The notes under the pieces were generated by a model. That model was not told where the DNA came from, did not search any database, and saw only the letters and a program-made list of their open reading frames with translations. A program made the translations under genes and the position numbers. Shown one piece after another: positions 43,279-45,362 of a DNA stretch of 45,362 nt. Location: NCBI GenBank assembly GCA_900088475.1, contig FLMG01001637.1:1-45362 (forward strand). Reading direction: 5' to 3'. Source of the DNA: Hyphochytrium catenoides (taxonomy: Eukaryota > Protista > Hyphochytriomycota). Every line of letters begins with the position of its first letter. Within the stretch, counting starts at the first letter, position 1.

Positions 43279-44785
43279 TCAGTATGGAATACCTCTTCTT
43301 GAAGGATTTGTGTTTTTTCGCAGCTCGAGACGATCCAACAAGTTATTAGTACAGAGATCGAGCCAGCCGCGCCAGGCCCCTTCATTATTATTAATCATTG
43401 CTGTAAGGTCAGCAGAATGGTCCAACTTGAAGTGATTCCTTCGGCACCCAGAGAGCGCCTTTATTATATAGTCACTCCTGCTCACATCCATACCCAATCA
43501 TCCCGTGTTGACTGGAAATGTAGGAGGAGTGATCATCAAATCTAGGACGTGATTCACCAACAGTCTACCCATACTACGTCCATTACCATCGACAAACGGA
43601 TGGATCGTGAGAAAGGTCAATCAACAGTGCCGATCCACAGAGATCGAAGTAATACGTTTTTTGTTACGAGTTCCGAAGACCTTAGAGTGTGTCAAGGTCG
43701 AATTTGTTGACAACATCCAATCATCGACATCCTTCGGGTCCGGATAATAGTAGTAGAGAAGCTTCCCATCATCATTATCTATCTCTGGTGAAGACAGTCT
43801 CATAGCAGCAACGAGTTCTTCTTCTTGCTGCTGCTGGGGCTCCTTCGTTGTCAAACCCTCCATTAGCAGCACCTTCTGAAGAACACAGAGCTTCTCTTCA
43901 GTTATAGAGCTCGGACGAGTACGTGCACGGCTGCTCTGGTCTATCATCATCATCGTGCTTCTCTTCATCCTTCTGATGAAGAAACAGCTCATGGATTATC
44001 ATCGTCAGAAGAGCCATATTATAACGTTGGCGTTACTTACGATTTGGTTTGCACTTAACGTCACTTCGTTTGTGTCGACTTATTGAGTTCAATCAAGAGT
44101 CACTTATTATCTTCAACAAGAGCCACTGATGATCAACAAGAAGAGGAGTCACTTCTTCCTTGAATAGTCACTATCTCACTCTTATCATTGCAACAGACTT
44201 TGTGTTTCTCCATACATTTCTTTAGTACTTGTAATTGTTTTCCCATAATACTATTATACTTGCTTTCTTTCTTCCTCTGTTTTGTAGGATCTATCATAAC
44301 TCATTCACTCATTCAGTAAAACTTTTTTTCTCATCAAGACACAAATGCACCTTAGCTAAGACTCTCGCTCACACTGAGCAGCCTCTGCGCGTTCACCACT
44401 CCGCTGACATATAAGAAGTCTGCAGCGTGTCTTTCTCCTTCAATGGTGCGCTGCAGTAGAATGATGCTGGTTCTTTTGTTGTTTCGCGACGGCTGAAGCG
44501 TCTACTAGTTGGTCTTGTATCAGACTCTCTCTGTGTTTGCATGCGACATGGATCCCACGTTTTCAAGCATGTTGAAGAAGATGATGAACACGTACTACTC
44601 CACAACCATTGCCTTTTCTACAACGAAAATCTCGTCAACAAACAACTGTTTTTTGCTGAAACCGGCAACTCCCTTGAAGTTCTGCCAACCATGTCTCGAC
44701 TTGCTCTTTTAATAACATCTTTGAAATCAAAGGAACACCCTTCTTCTTACGCCAAGATGGGTTCTCTGTGGCATCAATCAATCCC
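43279..44785 (-). pseudogene. Decayed Fic/Doc-domain (AMPylase-like) gene
   Basis: Reading past the TGA at 43623-43621 in the frame of ORF 43621..43992 gives LTFLTIHPFVDGNGRSMGRLLVNHVL (Fic motif at 43602-43576). A second TGA follows, then ORF 43279..43497 in the same frame. Upstream Fic-like blocks are LCVLQKVLLMEGL and YYPDPKDVDDWM. A frameshifted candidate N-terminal part (NPSWRK..KAMVVE*YVF..NMLENVGSMS) lies at about 44400-44785; that extension is less certain. Confidence 0.8.
44089..44155. repeat. Degenerate tandem repeat, three copies of an approximately TCAACAAGAGTCACT core
   Basis: tcaatcaagagtcact / tcaacaagagccact / tcaacaagaagaggagtcact, seen directly. Confidence 0.55.
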
Positions 44786-44983
44786 TAGTAGCGGTAGGGA
44801 GGGAAGAAGCATACATTTTCTCTTTGAAAGTCTAGGGATGGCGGAAAGAAGATCCCTCCTTTACTACGTACTAGGACATGATGTATAGAACCTACGTAAT
44901 ACTGAATAGGATCAGTACCAATAGTTGTTTTGCCAAGTCATTGCTGCTTCATCAGTTGAGAAGTTGCCTCTGTAGATAGGCAG

Positions 44984-45029
44984 GCTTCTGAGCTTCTGAG
45001 CTTTGAGCCGTGAACTTCTGAGCTTCTGA
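44984..45029. repeat. Imperfect 7-8 bp tandem repeat (GCTTCTGA)n, 6 units
   Basis: gcttctga gcttctga gctttga gccgtga acttctga gcttctga. Confidence 0.75.
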
Positions 45030-45362
45030 AGCATTCACTAAATGATAATCCGTCAATGCTATGCTGCGGTTATCTTAACTGCGCATAAGTTAGTTACTCC
45101 TGAAGTAGTTATCACGTGTGCCGTGTAGAGGTTCTCTGCATTCGGTATAGGCAACCATACTACATTCTGGATATGTTGGACTATTCACCTATTCATTGAG
45201 AATCCGCATTCCGGTTGTGTGACTGTATGGCGGTCAGCGTCAGTCAGAGACCAGAGGGTGAATGACAGGAGAGCGAAAGACAGAAAGAACCCCAACTTTT
45301 CTGGCGTTTCTGCACTCTGTTGCCATCTTCTACTTCCTATCATCGGAGCTACAGTCTCAGGC

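Noticed and set aside
43279-43992. TGA recoding (Trp/Sec) making the Fic gene intact, since both internal stops are TGA
   Set aside because: Host genes here use TGA as a normal stop (FZR1, ARID, FANCM, PAQR). The Fic motif itself has an insertion, and the upstream part has frameshifts and TAG stops. Pseudogenisation is the simpler explanation.
44541-44888. Plus-strand 115-aa ORF, and the 150-aa ORF at 42983..43435
   Set aside because: Both lie antisense to the decayed Fic gene region and show no recognisable motifs.

Overview
This is a eukaryotic, intron-rich (GT-AG) and gene-dense window, probably from a protist such as a stramenopile (inference only). I reconstructed nine protein-coding genes by hand-splicing. 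In order: an ISWI remodeler carrying two HMG boxes and a Cac1-like winged helix (+), an organellar peptidyl-tRNA hydrolase (-), the APC/C activator Cdh1/FZR1 (+), DDX47/Rrp3 (-), an ARID/armadillo SWI/SNF subunit (+), TAF7 (+), a FANCM/Mph1 helicase (-), a C2-DENN-SBF2-WD40 SCD1-like protein (+) and an intronless PAQR/AdipoR protein (-). After about 42.7 kb the sequence becomes degenerate and hides a decayed Fic-domain (AMPylase-type) gene, whose catalytic motif falls between ORFs in the track. The most unusual element is the FANCM architecture. It adds an NZF/RanBP2 finger, a PHD-Zn knuckle-PHD (PZP) module, a ZZ finger and an RPA32-binding-like C-terminal helix, and has no visible ERCC4 domain. 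The HMG-ISWI-WHD-HMG fusion is the next most unusual. Exon boundaries are manual predictions without transcript data. No RNA genes, CRISPR arrays or intact transposons were recognised.
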